NCBI GenBank assembly: GCA_964561365.1
Contig: CAZLPF010000002.1
Location: 10,068-74,067 of the forward strand
From: an uncultured Candidatus Saccharibacteria bacterium
Lineage (GTDB): Bacteria; Patescibacteriota; Doudnabacteria; UBA920
Direction of reading: 5' to 3'
DNA length: 64,000 bases
Under the pieces are notes generated by a model. That model ran no database searches. It was given only the letters and a program-made list of their open reading frames with translations, and was not told the DNA's origin. Shown in pieces: positions 10,067-19,910 of the stretch (positions within the stretch are counted from its first letter, which is position 1; every line of letters starts with the position of its first letter). The position numbers and the translations under genes were made by a program.

Positions 10067-12736
10067 ATGCAGTGGCACCAGTACCAGAAAGCCCAGCTCG
10101 CCGCCGAACTCGGCGTTGACCTGGGTCGCGGCCTTACGCCCGTCGAGGCCGGGCGCCGCCTCGCCGCAAACGGCGAGAACCGTTTGCCCGAACCCAAGCC
10201 CGAGGGCTGGGGCGTCCTGTTATTTCGGCAGGTTCGGAGCCCCTTCGTCTACGTCCTGCTCATCTGCACCCTGGCCGTCCTCCTGCTCGGCAACCACCGT
10301 GACGCGGTCATTATTGCCGCGGTGCTCGCCTTCAACGCCGCCGTGGGCGCGGCGCAGGAGGGGAGGAGCCAGCGCGCGCTCCTCGGCCTGCGGAAGCTCA
10401 CCCAGCCCGAGGCCACGGTTCTCCGCGGCGGCGCCGAGGCCGTGGTGCCCGAAACCTCCGTCGTCGTCGGCGACATTCTCGTACTGAAAGAGGGCCAGCG
10501 GGTCGCCGCCGACGCGCGCGTCCTTTCGGGCAACGACCTGTCGGTTGACGAGTCGACGCTCACCGGCGAGTCGGGCGCCGTCCAAAAGCATTCGGCGGTG
10601 CTCGAGGGCGAGCACGTTTCCCTCGGCAGCCGCACGAACGTGGTGTTCAAGGGTACCGCCATGCTCACCGGCAGCGGCACGGCTGTGGTCGTGGCCACCG
10701 GCGCCGCAACCGAGCTCGGCAAAACCGCGGCGGCTGTCATGCGGCCCGACACCGACGTGCCGCTCCGCCGGAGCATGGAGGGTTTTTCGCGCGCCATTCT
10801 CGCGCTCGCGTCCGCGGCCTGCGTCGGCATTTTCATCCTCGGCGTGGCAGAAGGCCGCGACGTGCGTGAAATGTTCGCCGTGGCCGTCTCGCTCGCCGTT
10901 TCGGCTATTCCCGAAGGTTTGCCGCTCGTCGTCACGCTCACGCTCGTTACCGGCGTCTGGCGCATGGCCGCCCGGAACGCGCTCGTTAAGAAGCTGCAGG
11001 CCGTGGAGGCGCTCGGCCGGGCCGACGTGCTCTGCGTCGACAAGACGGGAACCATAACCGAGAACGCCATGGTCGTCCGCCGCCTCCACACGGGCGGCAG
11101 CATCCACCAGGTCAGCGGCGACGGCTACCGGCCCACGGGCTCGGTCTCGCGCGCCGGCAGCCCGAGCGTCACCGATGCAGACGTCCTGCGCGCCGCCACG
11201 GTCGCCGGTCTGTCAGTGAAAGCCACGGCGGCCTTCAGCGAGTCCGAAGGCCGCTACCTCGTGACCGGCGATCCAACCGAGGTCGCGCTCTCGGTCTTCG
11301 CCGAGAAGCTCGGCCGTGCGCGCGGCAGCGCTACCGGCTACCGGGAGGTCGCCGAGGCGCCCTTCGACCACCACACGCGCTTGCGCGCCACCTACTACCG
11401 GGAAGCTGCCGACGGGGTGCTCTGCGCCGCCGCCGGCGCTCCCGAAGCCATACTGGCTCGCTGCACGCACGTGCTCCGCGGCGGCCAGCGCCACCCGCTC
11501 ACCGGACACGAGCGGGGAGAAATTGAAGCCGCGGCGGCGGAGTTTGCCGGAGCGGGCCTCCGGCTCGTGAGCATCGCCGAGCGCCAGCAGCACGCGGGCG
11601 AACCGCTCGAGCGGCCCGAGCAGCTGACCTACGTCGCAACCTTCGGCATCGAGGACGCCATCCGTCCCGCGGCGAAAGCGTCGGTCGCCGACGCCCAGGC
11701 CGCGGGCCTTCGGGTAGTCATGATCACCGGCGACCACCGCCGCACCGCCGAAGCGGTGGCCAAGCAGGTCGGCATCTTCCACCCCGGTGACGAGGTTATT
11801 TCCGGCGACGAGCTCGACGAGCTCACCACCGGGCGGCTCGCCGCCCGGCTCGGGAACGTTTCAGTTTTCGCCCGGGTCAGCCCGGAGCACAAGCTCAAGA
11901 TCATTGAGGCCTACCGCGCGAACGGGAAAATCGTCGCCATGACCGGCGACGGCGTGAACGACGCGCCGCCGCTCGTAGCGGCCGACCTCGGCGTGGCCAT
12001 GGGCAAGGCCGGCACCGAGGTGGCGCGCGAGGCCGCAGACATCGTGCTGCTCGACGACAACCTCGGGAGCGTGGTGGCCGCCGTGGCCGAGGGCCGCGCC
12101 ATGTTCGCGAGCATCCAGCGCGCGCTCATGTTCCTCATTTCCACGTCGCTCGGCGAGCTCCTCACCGTCGCCGCCGCGGTCGCGCTCGGCATGCCGCTGC
12201 CGCTCCTCGCCGTGCAGATCCTCTGGCTCAACCTCGTAACCGATCCGCTCATCGGCCTCGCGCTCGCGCTCTCGGCTGCGCCCGAGGCGGCGGGCACGAA
12301 GCGCGAGCAGCCCAAAAATTTCCTCGGCCGGCGGCACCTGCCGCAGCTCCTCCTCGTGCCGCTCTGCATGGCGGCGGGGAGCCTGCTCCTGTTCTCGCGC
12401 GCCCTGCCGCTCGGCTACGGCGCGGCGACGTCGGTCGCGCTGACCGTGCTCGCCGTCTTCCAGTGGTGGAACGCGCTCGCCTGCACCGACCTGGAATCCG
12501 GGACCCTCTTCTCGAAAGCTTCCCGCCCGCGGATGCCGATCGTAGTCGCGCTCGTTCTGAACTTCGTGCTCCAGCTCGCGGCGCTCCACCTCGCGCCGCT
12601 CCGAGACCTGCTCGGCACCGTCCCGCTCTCGCCCGCGCAGTGGGTTACCATCGCGGCCGTTTCGCTCTCGGTGCTCGTTCTCGAAGAGATCCGGCGCCGC
12701 CTCACCGGCCTGCTCCGGAGCCACGGCAACCGCTAG
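10067..12736 (+). CDS. Cation-transporting P-type ATPase (P2A/Ca2+-like)
   Basis: TGES, IPEGLP, DKTGT, MITGD, GDGVND, QILWLNLVTD. Confidence 0.93.
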   Translation: MQWHQYQKAQLAAELGVDLGRGLTPVEAGRRLAANGENRLPEPKPEGWGVLLFRQVRSPFVYVLLICTLAVLLLGNHRDAVIIAAVLAFNAAVGAAQEGRSQRALLGLRKLTQPEATVLRGGAEAVVPETSVVVGDILVLKEGQRVAADARVLSGNDLSVDESTLTGESGAVQKHSAVLEGEHVSLGSRTNVVFKGTAMLTGSGTAVVVATGAATELGKTAAAVMRPDTDVPLRRSMEGFSRAILALASAACVGIFILGVAEGRDVREMFAVAVSLAVSAIPEGLPLVVTLTLVTGVWRMAARNALVKKLQAVEALGRADVLCVDKTGTITENAMVVRRLHTGGSIHQVSGDGYRPTGSVSRAGSPSVTDADVLRAATVAGLSVKATAAFSESEGRYLVTGDPTEVALSVFAEKLGRARGSATGYREVAEAPFDHHTRLRATYYREAADGVLCAAAGAPEAILARCTHVLRGGQRHPLTGHERGEIEAAAAEFAGAGLRLVSIAERQQHAGEPLERPEQLTYVATFGIEDAIRPAAKASVADAQAAGLRVVMITGDHRRTAEAVAKQVGIFHPGDEVISGDELDELTTGRLAARLGNVSVFARVSPEHKLKIIEAYRANGKIVAMTGDGVNDAPPLVAADLGVAMGKAGTEVAREAADIVLLDDNLGSVVAAVAEGRAMFASIQRALMFLISTSLGELLTVAAAVALGMPLPLLAVQILWLNLVTDPLIGLALALSAAPEAAGTKREQPKNFLGRRHLPQLLLVPLCMAAGSLLLFSRALPLGYGAATSVALTVLAVFQWWNALACTDLESGTLFSKASRPRMPIVVALVLNFVLQLAALHLAPLRDLLGTVPLSPAQWVTIAAVSLSVLVLEEIRRRLTGLLRSHGNR

Positions 12737-12776
12737 GGGTTTAGGGTATACTCAGGCAAACAATGCTCAACCCGCC

Positions 12777-14231
12777 ATGACCACGCTCAAAGACCGCATC
12801 CACCGCCTCCCGCAGCCCATTGCCCCGACCATTCTGACCATCTTCGGTTCGACGGGCGACTTGGCGTCGGACTACCTCCTGCCCGCGCTCGCGCACCTCG
12901 TCTGCCACGGCCTCGTGCCGAAAGATTTTTTCCTTGTTTGCGTCGGTCGGCGAGACCTCACGCCGCAAACCTACCTCAATTTCGTCCAAAAAAAATCAGG
13001 CCGGCTGAAGCTCTCGAAGCCTGATCGCCGGAAGCTGCTCCGGCACCTCGCGTACTTCAGGGCCGACCTCGACGACGCCGAGAGCTTTGCGGGCTTCGCC
13101 CCGTTCCTCAAGAAGCTCGAGGGCGACCGCTGCATGAACCGCCTGTTCTACCTGGCCACGGCGCCCGCCTACTTCGCCGTGGTGGGGAACATCCTCAAGC
13201 GCTTCGGCCTGCTCGTGTCCTGCGACGATCCGAAGCGTTCTCTGCGCGTCCTCATTGAAAAACCGTTCGGCAGCAGCTTCGCGTCGGCCCGCGCGCTGAA
13301 CCGCGAGCTCCTCCAGACGTTCGACGAGCGGCAAATTTACCGCATTGACCACTACCAGGGCAAAGAAACCGTCCAGAACCTCATGGTCGTCCGCTTCGCG
13401 AACTCGCTGTTCGAGCCGCTCTGGAACCGGGACTACGTTAGCCACATTGAGGTCTCGGCGCTCGAGGCCGACGACGCGCGTGACCGGGCCGCTTTTTACG
13501 ACCAGACCGGGGCGCTCAAAGACTTCCTCCAGAACCACCTCCTGCAGATACTCGCCCTCGTGGCCATGGACGAGCCGTACGACTTAACCGCAGACCACAT
13601 CCGCGGCGAGAAGCTGAAAATTTTACAGCACCTCGTTCCGTTCACGGCCAAGGGCGCGGAGCAAGACCTCGTCCGCGGCCAGTACGACGGGTACCAGAAG
13701 CACGTCGGAAACAGGAGTCAGACCGAGACCTACCTCGCGCTCAAAACCTTCATTGACACCCCGCGCTGGCGCGGCGTCCCCATGTACCTGCGCACCGGCA
13801 AAGCCCTGGGCAAAAAGCTCGCCGAGGTTTCGGTCCACTTCAAGGAGCTGCCGCGCTGCATTTTCCGGGGCTGCGCCGGCAACGTCCTGACCTTCCGCCT
13901 CCAGCCCGACGAGAGCGTCCACCTCCAGCTCAACAACAAGGTGCCGGGTTTCGGCATTGACCTCCACCAGGGCGACTACGAGTTCGGCTACCAGAAGGCC
14001 TTCATGAGCGAACTGCCGTCGGCCTACGAGCGGCTGCTGCTCGACTTCATGCAGGGCGACCAGCGGCTGTTCATCCGCTCGGACGAGATTGAGGCTGCCT
14101 GGAAGTTCGTCGATTCCGTTGCCAGCAGCTGGAGCGGAATGCCCCTCCACCGCTACCGGCCCGGCAGCAGCGGCCCGAAAGCGGCGGACGATCTCGTTGC
14201 CGGCGACGGGCGAACTTGGTGGACCACGTAG
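12777..14231 (+). CDS. zwf: Glucose-6-phosphate 1-dehydrogenase
   Basis: IFGSTGDL, EKPFG, RIDHYQGKETVQN, QNHLLQ, AYERLL. Confidence 0.95.
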   Translation: MTTLKDRIHRLPQPIAPTILTIFGSTGDLASDYLLPALAHLVCHGLVPKDFFLVCVGRRDLTPQTYLNFVQKKSGRLKLSKPDRRKLLRHLAYFRADLDDAESFAGFAPFLKKLEGDRCMNRLFYLATAPAYFAVVGNILKRFGLLVSCDDPKRSLRVLIEKPFGSSFASARALNRELLQTFDERQIYRIDHYQGKETVQNLMVVRFANSLFEPLWNRDYVSHIEVSALEADDARDRAAFYDQTGALKDFLQNHLLQILALVAMDEPYDLTADHIRGEKLKILQHLVPFTAKGAEQDLVRGQYDGYQKHVGNRSQTETYLALKTFIDTPRWRGVPMYLRTGKALGKKLAEVSVHFKELPRCIFRGCAGNVLTFRLQPDESVHLQLNNKVPGFGIDLHQGDYEFGYQKAFMSELPSAYERLLLDFMQGDQRLFIRSDEIEAAWKFVDSVASSWSGMPLHRYRPGSSGPKAADDLVAGDGRTWWTT

Positions 14232-14251
14232 TAACCGTTAACCGTAGACCA

Positions 14252-14668
14252 ATGGCAAAGAAAGTGGTGCTCGCCCTCGGCGCTGCCGGGGTGCTGTTCT
14301 CGGGGTACCTGAGCGGCGTGAAGTTTTTTAGCGCGCGGTGCGCATTCGGCGAAGGCTGTCCGCTCTTTTTGGGCAAGCCAGCTTGCTACTTCGGCTTCGC
14401 ACTGTTCTTGCTCATTTTTATCTCCGCCGCGTTCTGGGTCTTTAGCCGGCACGAGCGGATGGCACGCTACGGCGCATTTGTTTTTTCCCTGCTCGGCACC
14501 CTGTTCGCCGGCCGCTTCACCGTAGCCGAGCTGCCGCTGCTCTTTGATCGCGGGTTCAAGGCCTACGCGCTCGGGCTGCCGACCTGCGCGCTCGGATTAA
14601 TCTTTTTCGCCGCGGTCCTTTTCATTACCGTTGGCGCATGGCCGGCTTCGGAACCGAAAAGGTCCTAA
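14252..14668 (+). CDS. Four-TM, four-Cys membrane protein (VKOR/DsbB-like)
   Basis: FSGYL..C..C..PAC; internal two-fold repeat; no CxxC. Confidence 0.55.
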   Translation: MAKKVVLALGAAGVLFSGYLSGVKFFSARCAFGEGCPLFLGKPACYFGFALFLLIFISAAFWVFSRHERMARYGAFVFSLLGTLFAGRFTVAELPLLFDRGFKAYALGLPTCALGLIFFAAVLFITVGAWPASEPKRS

Positions 14669-14676
14669 GCTCCGCC

Positions 14677-15657
14677 GTGAGCAGTCGGGTAATTGAAGCC
14701 CCGCGGGCAAGAAACTGGAAACCGGCGCTCACGCTCATTGCTTTGAGTGCGGTGCTGACCGAGCTGCTTTCCGGTAACCAGGTCTTTTCTGTTTTCCTGC
14801 AGCCGTTCAACCTCATTATCCTCCTGAGCTTCGGGTACGGCTTGCCGGTGCTCGCTATTCGCGAGCTGTGGGTCCGCAAGGGCTGGGGGCTGCCGAGCCT
14901 CTTGACCCTCGGGCTCGTCTACGGCATGCACAACGAAGGCGTCTTGGCTAAAACCTTCTTCGCCGCCGTCCACCACCCCGCGCCGAGCATGGTCGGCTAC
15001 GGCGCCGTTGGCCAGCTCAACGCGGCCTGGGCCCTGGCCATAAGTACCTGGCACGCGGTGCACGCGGTCGTCATTCCCATTTTGGTGACCCACGCGCTGT
15101 TTCCCACTGTCCAAAACCAGCCGTGGCTGACGGTACCGAAAACTTGGCTGGCCTTCCTGCTGTCCATAGCCGGCGGGGCGCTCCTGTACTTCTGGTCCCC
15201 GCTGCCGACGAACAAGGCGCTCTGGTACGCGGCCATGCTGGCCGCCGCCGCGCTGCTCTACGCGGCGGCCAGCCTGCAGGGGAGCGGCGCGCGGCCGGAA
15301 ACGGTCGCCGGAGCGAGGCCGCATTTTTGGCTCGGCTTTTTCGCGCCGCTGCTGTACCTGTGGCTGCCGGCGATTATTTCCGGGCTCAAGCTTCCGGCCG
15401 CCCTGTGCTTCGGCGCCTCGGGGCTCGCCCTCTACCTGCTCTACCGCGCGGCCAAAACCATGCAGCCCTGGGCGCTGAACGTACAGCTCAAGACGCTGCT
15501 CGGGACGCTCGTGTTTTCCTGCATTTCGCTCGGCGTCATAAGCGCCTCGGTCCGCGGCCCGCTCGAGACCATCCCGGCTGCCGTACTGTTCCTCGCCGGT
15601 TTCTACGTACTTCACCGAAAGACGAGGGCCGAAGATGTCGCCCTAGCAGCCGGTTGA
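14677..15657 (+). CDS. Hypothetical polytopic membrane protein
   Basis: Many hydrophobic segments, TELLSG, YGMHNEG, STWHA; in-frame GTG start chosen after upstream stop. Confidence 0.65.
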   Translation: MSSRVIEAPRARNWKPALTLIALSAVLTELLSGNQVFSVFLQPFNLIILLSFGYGLPVLAIRELWVRKGWGLPSLLTLGLVYGMHNEGVLAKTFFAAVHHPAPSMVGYGAVGQLNAAWALAISTWHAVHAVVIPILVTHALFPTVQNQPWLTVPKTWLAFLLSIAGGALLYFWSPLPTNKALWYAAMLAAAALLYAAASLQGSGARPETVAGARPHFWLGFFAPLLYLWLPAIISGLKLPAALCFGASGLALYLLYRAAKTMQPWALNVQLKTLLGTLVFSCISLGVISASVRGPLETIPAAVLFLAGFYVLHRKTRAEDVALAAG

Positions 15658-15697
15658 TTTGCGCCCGTGCATGACTGCCGCACGGCAGTTTTTTGTC

Positions 15698-15726
15698 TTG
15701 CCAAATGGCCTGAAATGTTCTACCAT
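15698..15726 (+). promoter_or_regulatory. sigma70-type promoter of cfa
   Basis: TTGCCA-17-TACCAT; SD GGGGAGG just before the ATG. Confidence 0.6.
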
Positions 15727-15764
15727 GTGCTGTTTCGCACATTGCAAAACAAGGGGAGGAAACA

Positions 15765-16901
15765 ATGCTTTCAGCGAAAGCGTTCGCGGTTCAGGCCCTG
15801 CTGCGCTGGGCTGGAATCAAAATCAACGGCAACCGTCCGTGGGACATCGTCACGAGCCAGCCGGCAGGGCTGCTCGAACGTATGGCCCAGGACGGCGCCA
15901 GTCTCGGCCTCGGCGAGGCTTACATGGGCCGCCTGTGGGAATGTCGCGATCCGGCGCAGTTGGAGCAGATGTTCCAGCACATACTCCGGTCCAAGATGCT
16001 GGATTTCGTGTCCCGCAAGTGGAAGCTCTACGGTTGCCAGGGCGAGCCACGAGCCATACGGTCCGTCGCGGCTCACTACAACCTCGGGCACGATCTGTAC
16101 GGGGCCATGCTCGACGCCAGTAAATCGTACTCGTGCCCTTACCGCATGAAAGAACTCGGTGATCTTGCGGCTGGGCAGGCGGCGAAATGGAACCTCGGCT
16201 GCCGTAAGCTCGGCCTCAAGGCTGGTGATCGCGTCCTGAACGTCGGCTGCGGTTGGGCTCCGTTCGAACGGTACGCGGCTCATAACTTTGACGCTACCGT
16301 CGTCGGCGTTACCATCGCCGAAGAGCAGGGCCGGCGGGCCCGAGAGCTCTGCGCCCGATTCGGTGATCGTATCGACATCCGGTGCATGAACTATGCCGAC
16401 CTCGACGAAACCGAGAAGTTCGACCACATCGCGTCATTCGGTATGTTCGAGCACCTCCTCCCGAAGGATCGAGCCTTCTACTTCAGTAAGCTGTGGAGGC
16501 TCCTGAAGCCGCGTGGGCGTTTCCTCCTTCACACCATCGGGAAGAAGGAGGCTGGTCCGACCGACCCCTGGACCGCGGCGTATATTTTTCCCGACAGCCA
16601 GGTGCCGACCGAGGGGGAGATTCGTGAAGTTGTCGATCCGCTGTGGGCTATCCATGACTGGCACGCGATCGGAGTAAACTACGCGCCGGCTCTCCGTGCC
16701 TGGAAAGAGAATTTCTACCGCGGATGGCCAAAGCTGCGGGGAAGCTACGAGCACCTCGTCGACGGCAGGTTTTACCGGATGTGGGAGTACTACCTTACAA
16801 GTTGTGCGGCCGCCTTCGAGGTCGGTGCGCTCGACGTTTGGCAGATACTCATGACCAAGACGGGGGATTCGCTCCCGTCCGAGATGGCCTGCGTTCGCTA
16901 A
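15765..16901 (+). CDS. cfa: Cyclopropane-fatty-acyl-phospholipid synthase
   Basis: LGLGEAYM, HYNLG, YSC, VLNVGCGW, SFGMFEH, YIFP, FYRMWEYYL..CAAAF. Confidence 0.88.
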   Translation: MLSAKAFAVQALLRWAGIKINGNRPWDIVTSQPAGLLERMAQDGASLGLGEAYMGRLWECRDPAQLEQMFQHILRSKMLDFVSRKWKLYGCQGEPRAIRSVAAHYNLGHDLYGAMLDASKSYSCPYRMKELGDLAAGQAAKWNLGCRKLGLKAGDRVLNVGCGWAPFERYAAHNFDATVVGVTIAEEQGRRARELCARFGDRIDIRCMNYADLDETEKFDHIASFGMFEHLLPKDRAFYFSKLWRLLKPRGRFLLHTIGKKEAGPTDPWTAAYIFPDSQVPTEGEIREVVDPLWAIHDWHAIGVNYAPALRAWKENFYRGWPKLRGSYEHLVDGRFYRMWEYYLTSCAAAFEVGALDVWQILMTKTGDSLPSEMACVR

Positions 16902-16922
16902 CACTTCGCTGAACCAATACCG

Positions 16923-16957
16923 AGAGCCGCCCTGGGCAAACCCTGGGGCGGCTCTTT
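16923..16957 (+). terminator. Intrinsic terminator after cfa
   Basis: AGAGCCGCCC..GGGCGGCTCT followed by T-rich tail. Confidence 0.75.
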
Positions 16958-16978
16958 CGTTTGGTTTACAATAGACGT

Positions 16979-17290
16979 ATGGAGAATTTTAGAGAACGCG
17001 TTTTGGTAATCATCGCCGCGGTACCGCGCGGCAAGGTCGTTTCCTACGGCCAGGTGGCGGCCGCGGCCGGCAGCCCCCGCGCCGCCCGCCAGGTCGGGGG
17101 TATTTTGCGAGCGCTCGATCCGGGCCAGGGTGTGCCTTGGTGGCGGGTTATAAATAGTGAAGGGTTCATTAGCATCAAGGGGAACTGGGAGGCGACGAAA
17201 GAAGTGCAAGCCGAGCTGCTCCGTCGCGAGGGTGTTGCGGTGGGCGAGGATTTTACGGTCGACATGGGCCGCTACCGCTACAATCCGTAG
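16979..17290 (+). CDS. Alkyltransferase-like (ATL/MGMT family) protein
   Basis: VPRGKVVSYGQVA, ARQVG, PWWRV in place of catalytic PCHRV. Confidence 0.85.
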   Translation: MENFRERVLVIIAAVPRGKVVSYGQVAAAAGSPRAARQVGGILRALDPGQGVPWWRVINSEGFISIKGNWEATKEVQAELLRREGVAVGEDFTVDMGRYRYNP

Positions 17291-17330
17291 CCTTGGTATA
17301 CTTTCGGTAACGCATTCACAACTACCCGCT

Positions 17331-18236
17331 ATGGAAATCGCAGTCCTCGGCCTCGGCAGAATGGGCGGGCAGATTGCCCGCCGGCTCCACAAGAACGGCT
17401 TTTCTGTTTTCGCCTGGAACCGCTCGCCCGAACCCGTCACCGCGGCACAGCAGCTCGGCATGTTCGCCTCGCAGGATCTCGCCGAAGTTACCGGAAAATT
17501 TTCCGGTCAGCGCGTGTTCTGGGTCATGCTCACCCACACCATCGTTGAAGAGTTTTTAGAGCAGCAGCTCGGGCCGCTCCTCAAGCCCGGCGACATTGTC
17601 ATCGACGGCGGTAACTCCTTCTACAAAGACTCCGTCCGCCGCGGGGAGGCGCTGAAAGAAAAAGGCGTGCACTTCTTTGACTCCGGCACCTCGGGCGGGG
17701 TGTGGGGTGAGGAGAACGGTTTCGCGCTCATGGTCGGCGGCCCGGCCGAGCAGTGGCCGGCCATAGAGCCCATTTTCAAAACGCTCTCCTCGGGGGAGAA
17801 CTACGGGCGCGTCGGGAACAGCGGCGCCGGGCACTTCGTGAAAATGGTGCACAACGGCATTGAGTACGGCATGATGGAGGCCATTGCCGAGGGCTACGCG
17901 GTCATGGAAGCCTCGCCGTTTTCGCTCGACCTCGCGCAGGTTACGAAAATTTACCAGCAGGGCAGCGTCGTGCGCAGCTGGCTCATTGACCTGACCCGGA
18001 ACATCTTCGAGCACGAAGACGTCGCCGCTACGGCCGGGGTCATTGGCGCGCTCGGGGAGGGGGAGTGGACGGTGAACGCCGGCCACGAGTTCGGCGTCGA
18101 TGTCCGCGTCATTGAGGACAGCCTGAACGTCCGCCGGGAATCCCAGGATCCGAAGAACCAGCAGAAGTTTTCAAATAAGATCGTGGCGCTGCTCCGCAAG
18201 CAGTTCGGCGGCCACGCGGTACTCGGGAAGCCATGA
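17331..18236 (+). CDS. gnd: 6-phosphogluconate dehydrogenase, decarboxylating (short type)
   Basis: GLGRMG, IDGGNS, DSGTSGG, GHFVKMVHNGIEYG, QFGGH. Confidence 0.94.
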   Translation: MEIAVLGLGRMGGQIARRLHKNGFSVFAWNRSPEPVTAAQQLGMFASQDLAEVTGKFSGQRVFWVMLTHTIVEEFLEQQLGPLLKPGDIVIDGGNSFYKDSVRRGEALKEKGVHFFDSGTSGGVWGEENGFALMVGGPAEQWPAIEPIFKTLSSGENYGRVGNSGAGHFVKMVHNGIEYGMMEAIAEGYAVMEASPFSLDLAQVTKIYQQGSVVRSWLIDLTRNIFEHEDVAATAGVIGALGEGEWTVNAGHEFGVDVRVIEDSLNVRRESQDPKNQQKFSNKIVALLRKQFGGHAVLGKP

Positions 18237-18571
18237 ACGAACTGAGAGCGCACATCGCGCGGCTTCTCGCCGAGCTCGAAACGCCGCCCGACCAAGTCGA
18301 GCTCTTGCTCGCGCGCCTCGCCGTGCCGAAAAACATTCCCGAGGTCGCCGGCGAGGTTTACCGGCTCATGAAGCAGCGCGAGTCGGACCGAAAACTGACC
18401 GTTGATCTTGAGGTAGAAAAAATGAAGCGCGATCTCGCCGAAGAAACCGCGCGCTTCGCCCGGGAAATTCAGGACCTCGAACGGGAGGTTCGCCAGGCGG
18501 CCCACGAGCTGCGCCAGGAGCACGACGCGGGCCAGATTGACCAGCTCCGCCAGAATATTTCCAGCCTCTAG
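18233..18571 (+). CDS. Hypothetical coiled-coil protein
   Basis: Overlaps gnd stop (ATGA), native codon usage. Confidence 0.6.
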   Translation: MNELRAHIARLLAELETPPDQVELLLARLAVPKNIPEVAGEVYRLMKQRESDRKLTVDLEVEKMKRDLAEETARFAREIQDLEREVRQAAHELRQEHDAGQIDQLRQNISSL

Positions 18572-19201
18572 GTGCCTGTCGAGCGATTTTCGCCGGGCGA
18601 GCTCCGCACCCTTTCCCGGCTCAACACGCCGCCAAAAGTTCAGGACTTCCTCGCGACCCTGGAAGTAAATTTTGAAACGCGCGGCGACACCGTTCAGTCG
18701 CCCCGCGTGGTTTTGCGTAGCAGATCGGCGCACTGCATGGAGGGGGCTCTGCTGGCCGCAGCCGCCCTCGAACTTCACGGGTTCCCGCCGCTCGTCATGG
18801 ACCTGCGCTCGAGCCGGCACGACGTAGACCACGTCGTGGCGCTGTTTCGCCTGCGCGGCTGCTGGGGCGCTGTGGGCAAGACGAACCACGCGGTCCTGCG
18901 CTACCGCGAGCCGGTCTACCGGACCCTGCGCGAACTCGCGCTCTCGTACTTTCACGAGTACTTTTTAGACAGCGGCAAAAAGACCCTGCGCGAGTACTCG
19001 GCCCCCGTAAACTTGAAACGGTTCAATGGCCTGGGCTGGCGAACGTCAGAAAAAGATTTATTTGAAATTCCCGAAGCGGTCGACGACGCCCGCCACTACC
19101 GCATCCTCACCCTGCAGCAAATCAAGAACTTGCGGAAGGCTGATCCCATAGAAATTCAAGCCGGCAAGCTCGTGGAGTGGAAGTCGCCCGCACCGCGCTG
19201 A
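18572..19201 (+). CDS. Transglutaminase-like (vasohibin-like) putative cysteine protease
   Basis: HCMEGAL, DHVVALF, WGAVGKTNH, LRYREPVYR. Confidence 0.6.
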   Translation: MPVERFSPGELRTLSRLNTPPKVQDFLATLEVNFETRGDTVQSPRVVLRSRSAHCMEGALLAAAALELHGFPPLVMDLRSSRHDVDHVVALFRLRGCWGAVGKTNHAVLRYREPVYRTLRELALSYFHEYFLDSGKKTLREYSAPVNLKRFNGLGWRTSEKDLFEIPEAVDDARHYRILTLQQIKNLRKADPIEIQAGKLVEWKSPAPR

Positions 19202-19232
19202 TTGAAAAACCCACCGGCCGGTGGGTTTTGAT

Positions 19233-19844
19233 TTACTTCCAGAGTACCGCTCGGGCGGGAGAACCGTCGCCGCCGGATACCTTGAGCGGGAGTACCGCGC
19301 CGTCGTAGCCGCCCGGTGCCACGCCCGCCATGTTGAGGCCCTCAACGACAACTATGTGTTTTTTCAGCAGCGCGGTGTGTACCGGGTGGCCAGGGCTGCC
19401 CTTGGCCTCAATGCCGAAGTAATCAATGCCCACGAGCCAGACCCCGGCTTTCGCGAGGAGATGCGCCCCTTCGGGGGACAGGCTCACGTAGTTCGGCGTA
19501 AAGCGGCTCTGGCGGACAATGCCGTCGCTGTTCTTGGTGCGGAAGAGAATTCGTTCGCCCTTTTTCGGTTTCATTTTTTTTACATCATCGCCGGTGATCG
19601 TAGGCCTCGAGGCGACTCGAACCACCCGGAAGCGGCCGACGAGTTTTTCGAGGGGAATTTTGTCGACCGGGGCGCGGTTGAACAAAAAGTGCTTCGGCGC
19701 GTCAACGTGGGTGCCGAAGTGGCTTGAGAGTTCGAGGCGCGAGACTATAGCCGAAGTTTTGGTCTCTTCGCGTGAAAACGGCGCCTGGCCGGGCCATGCC
19801 GCGGTTTTTGCGGAGAGGGGGAGCGAGAGATCGTAAAATTTCAT
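19233..19844 (-). CDS. Cyclase/kynurenine formamidase family metal hydrolase
   Basis: HFGTHVDAPKH, VGIDY, H..LL, VVEGL, GSPARAV. Confidence 0.88.
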   Translation of the reverse strand: MKFYDLSLPLSAKTAAWPGQAPFSREETKTSAIVSRLELSSHFGTHVDAPKHFLFNRAPVDKIPLEKLVGRFRVVRVASRPTITGDDVKKMKPKKGERILFRTKNSDGIVRQSRFTPNYVSLSPEGAHLLAKAGVWLVGIDYFGIEAKGSPGHPVHTALLKKHIVVVEGLNMAGVAPGGYDGAVLPLKVSGGDGSPARAVLWK

Positions 19845-19865
19845 ACGGCAAGTATACCAAAAGGA

Positions 19866-19899
19866 AGAGCCGGACAGTCCTCCCAGGTTGTCCGGCTCT
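19866..19899 (-). terminator. Intrinsic terminator of the 19911-20765 gene
   Basis: AGAGCCGGACA..TGTCCGGCTCT, T-rich tail on minus strand. Confidence 0.65.
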
Positions 19900-19910
19900 C
19901 GATTGCAGCT

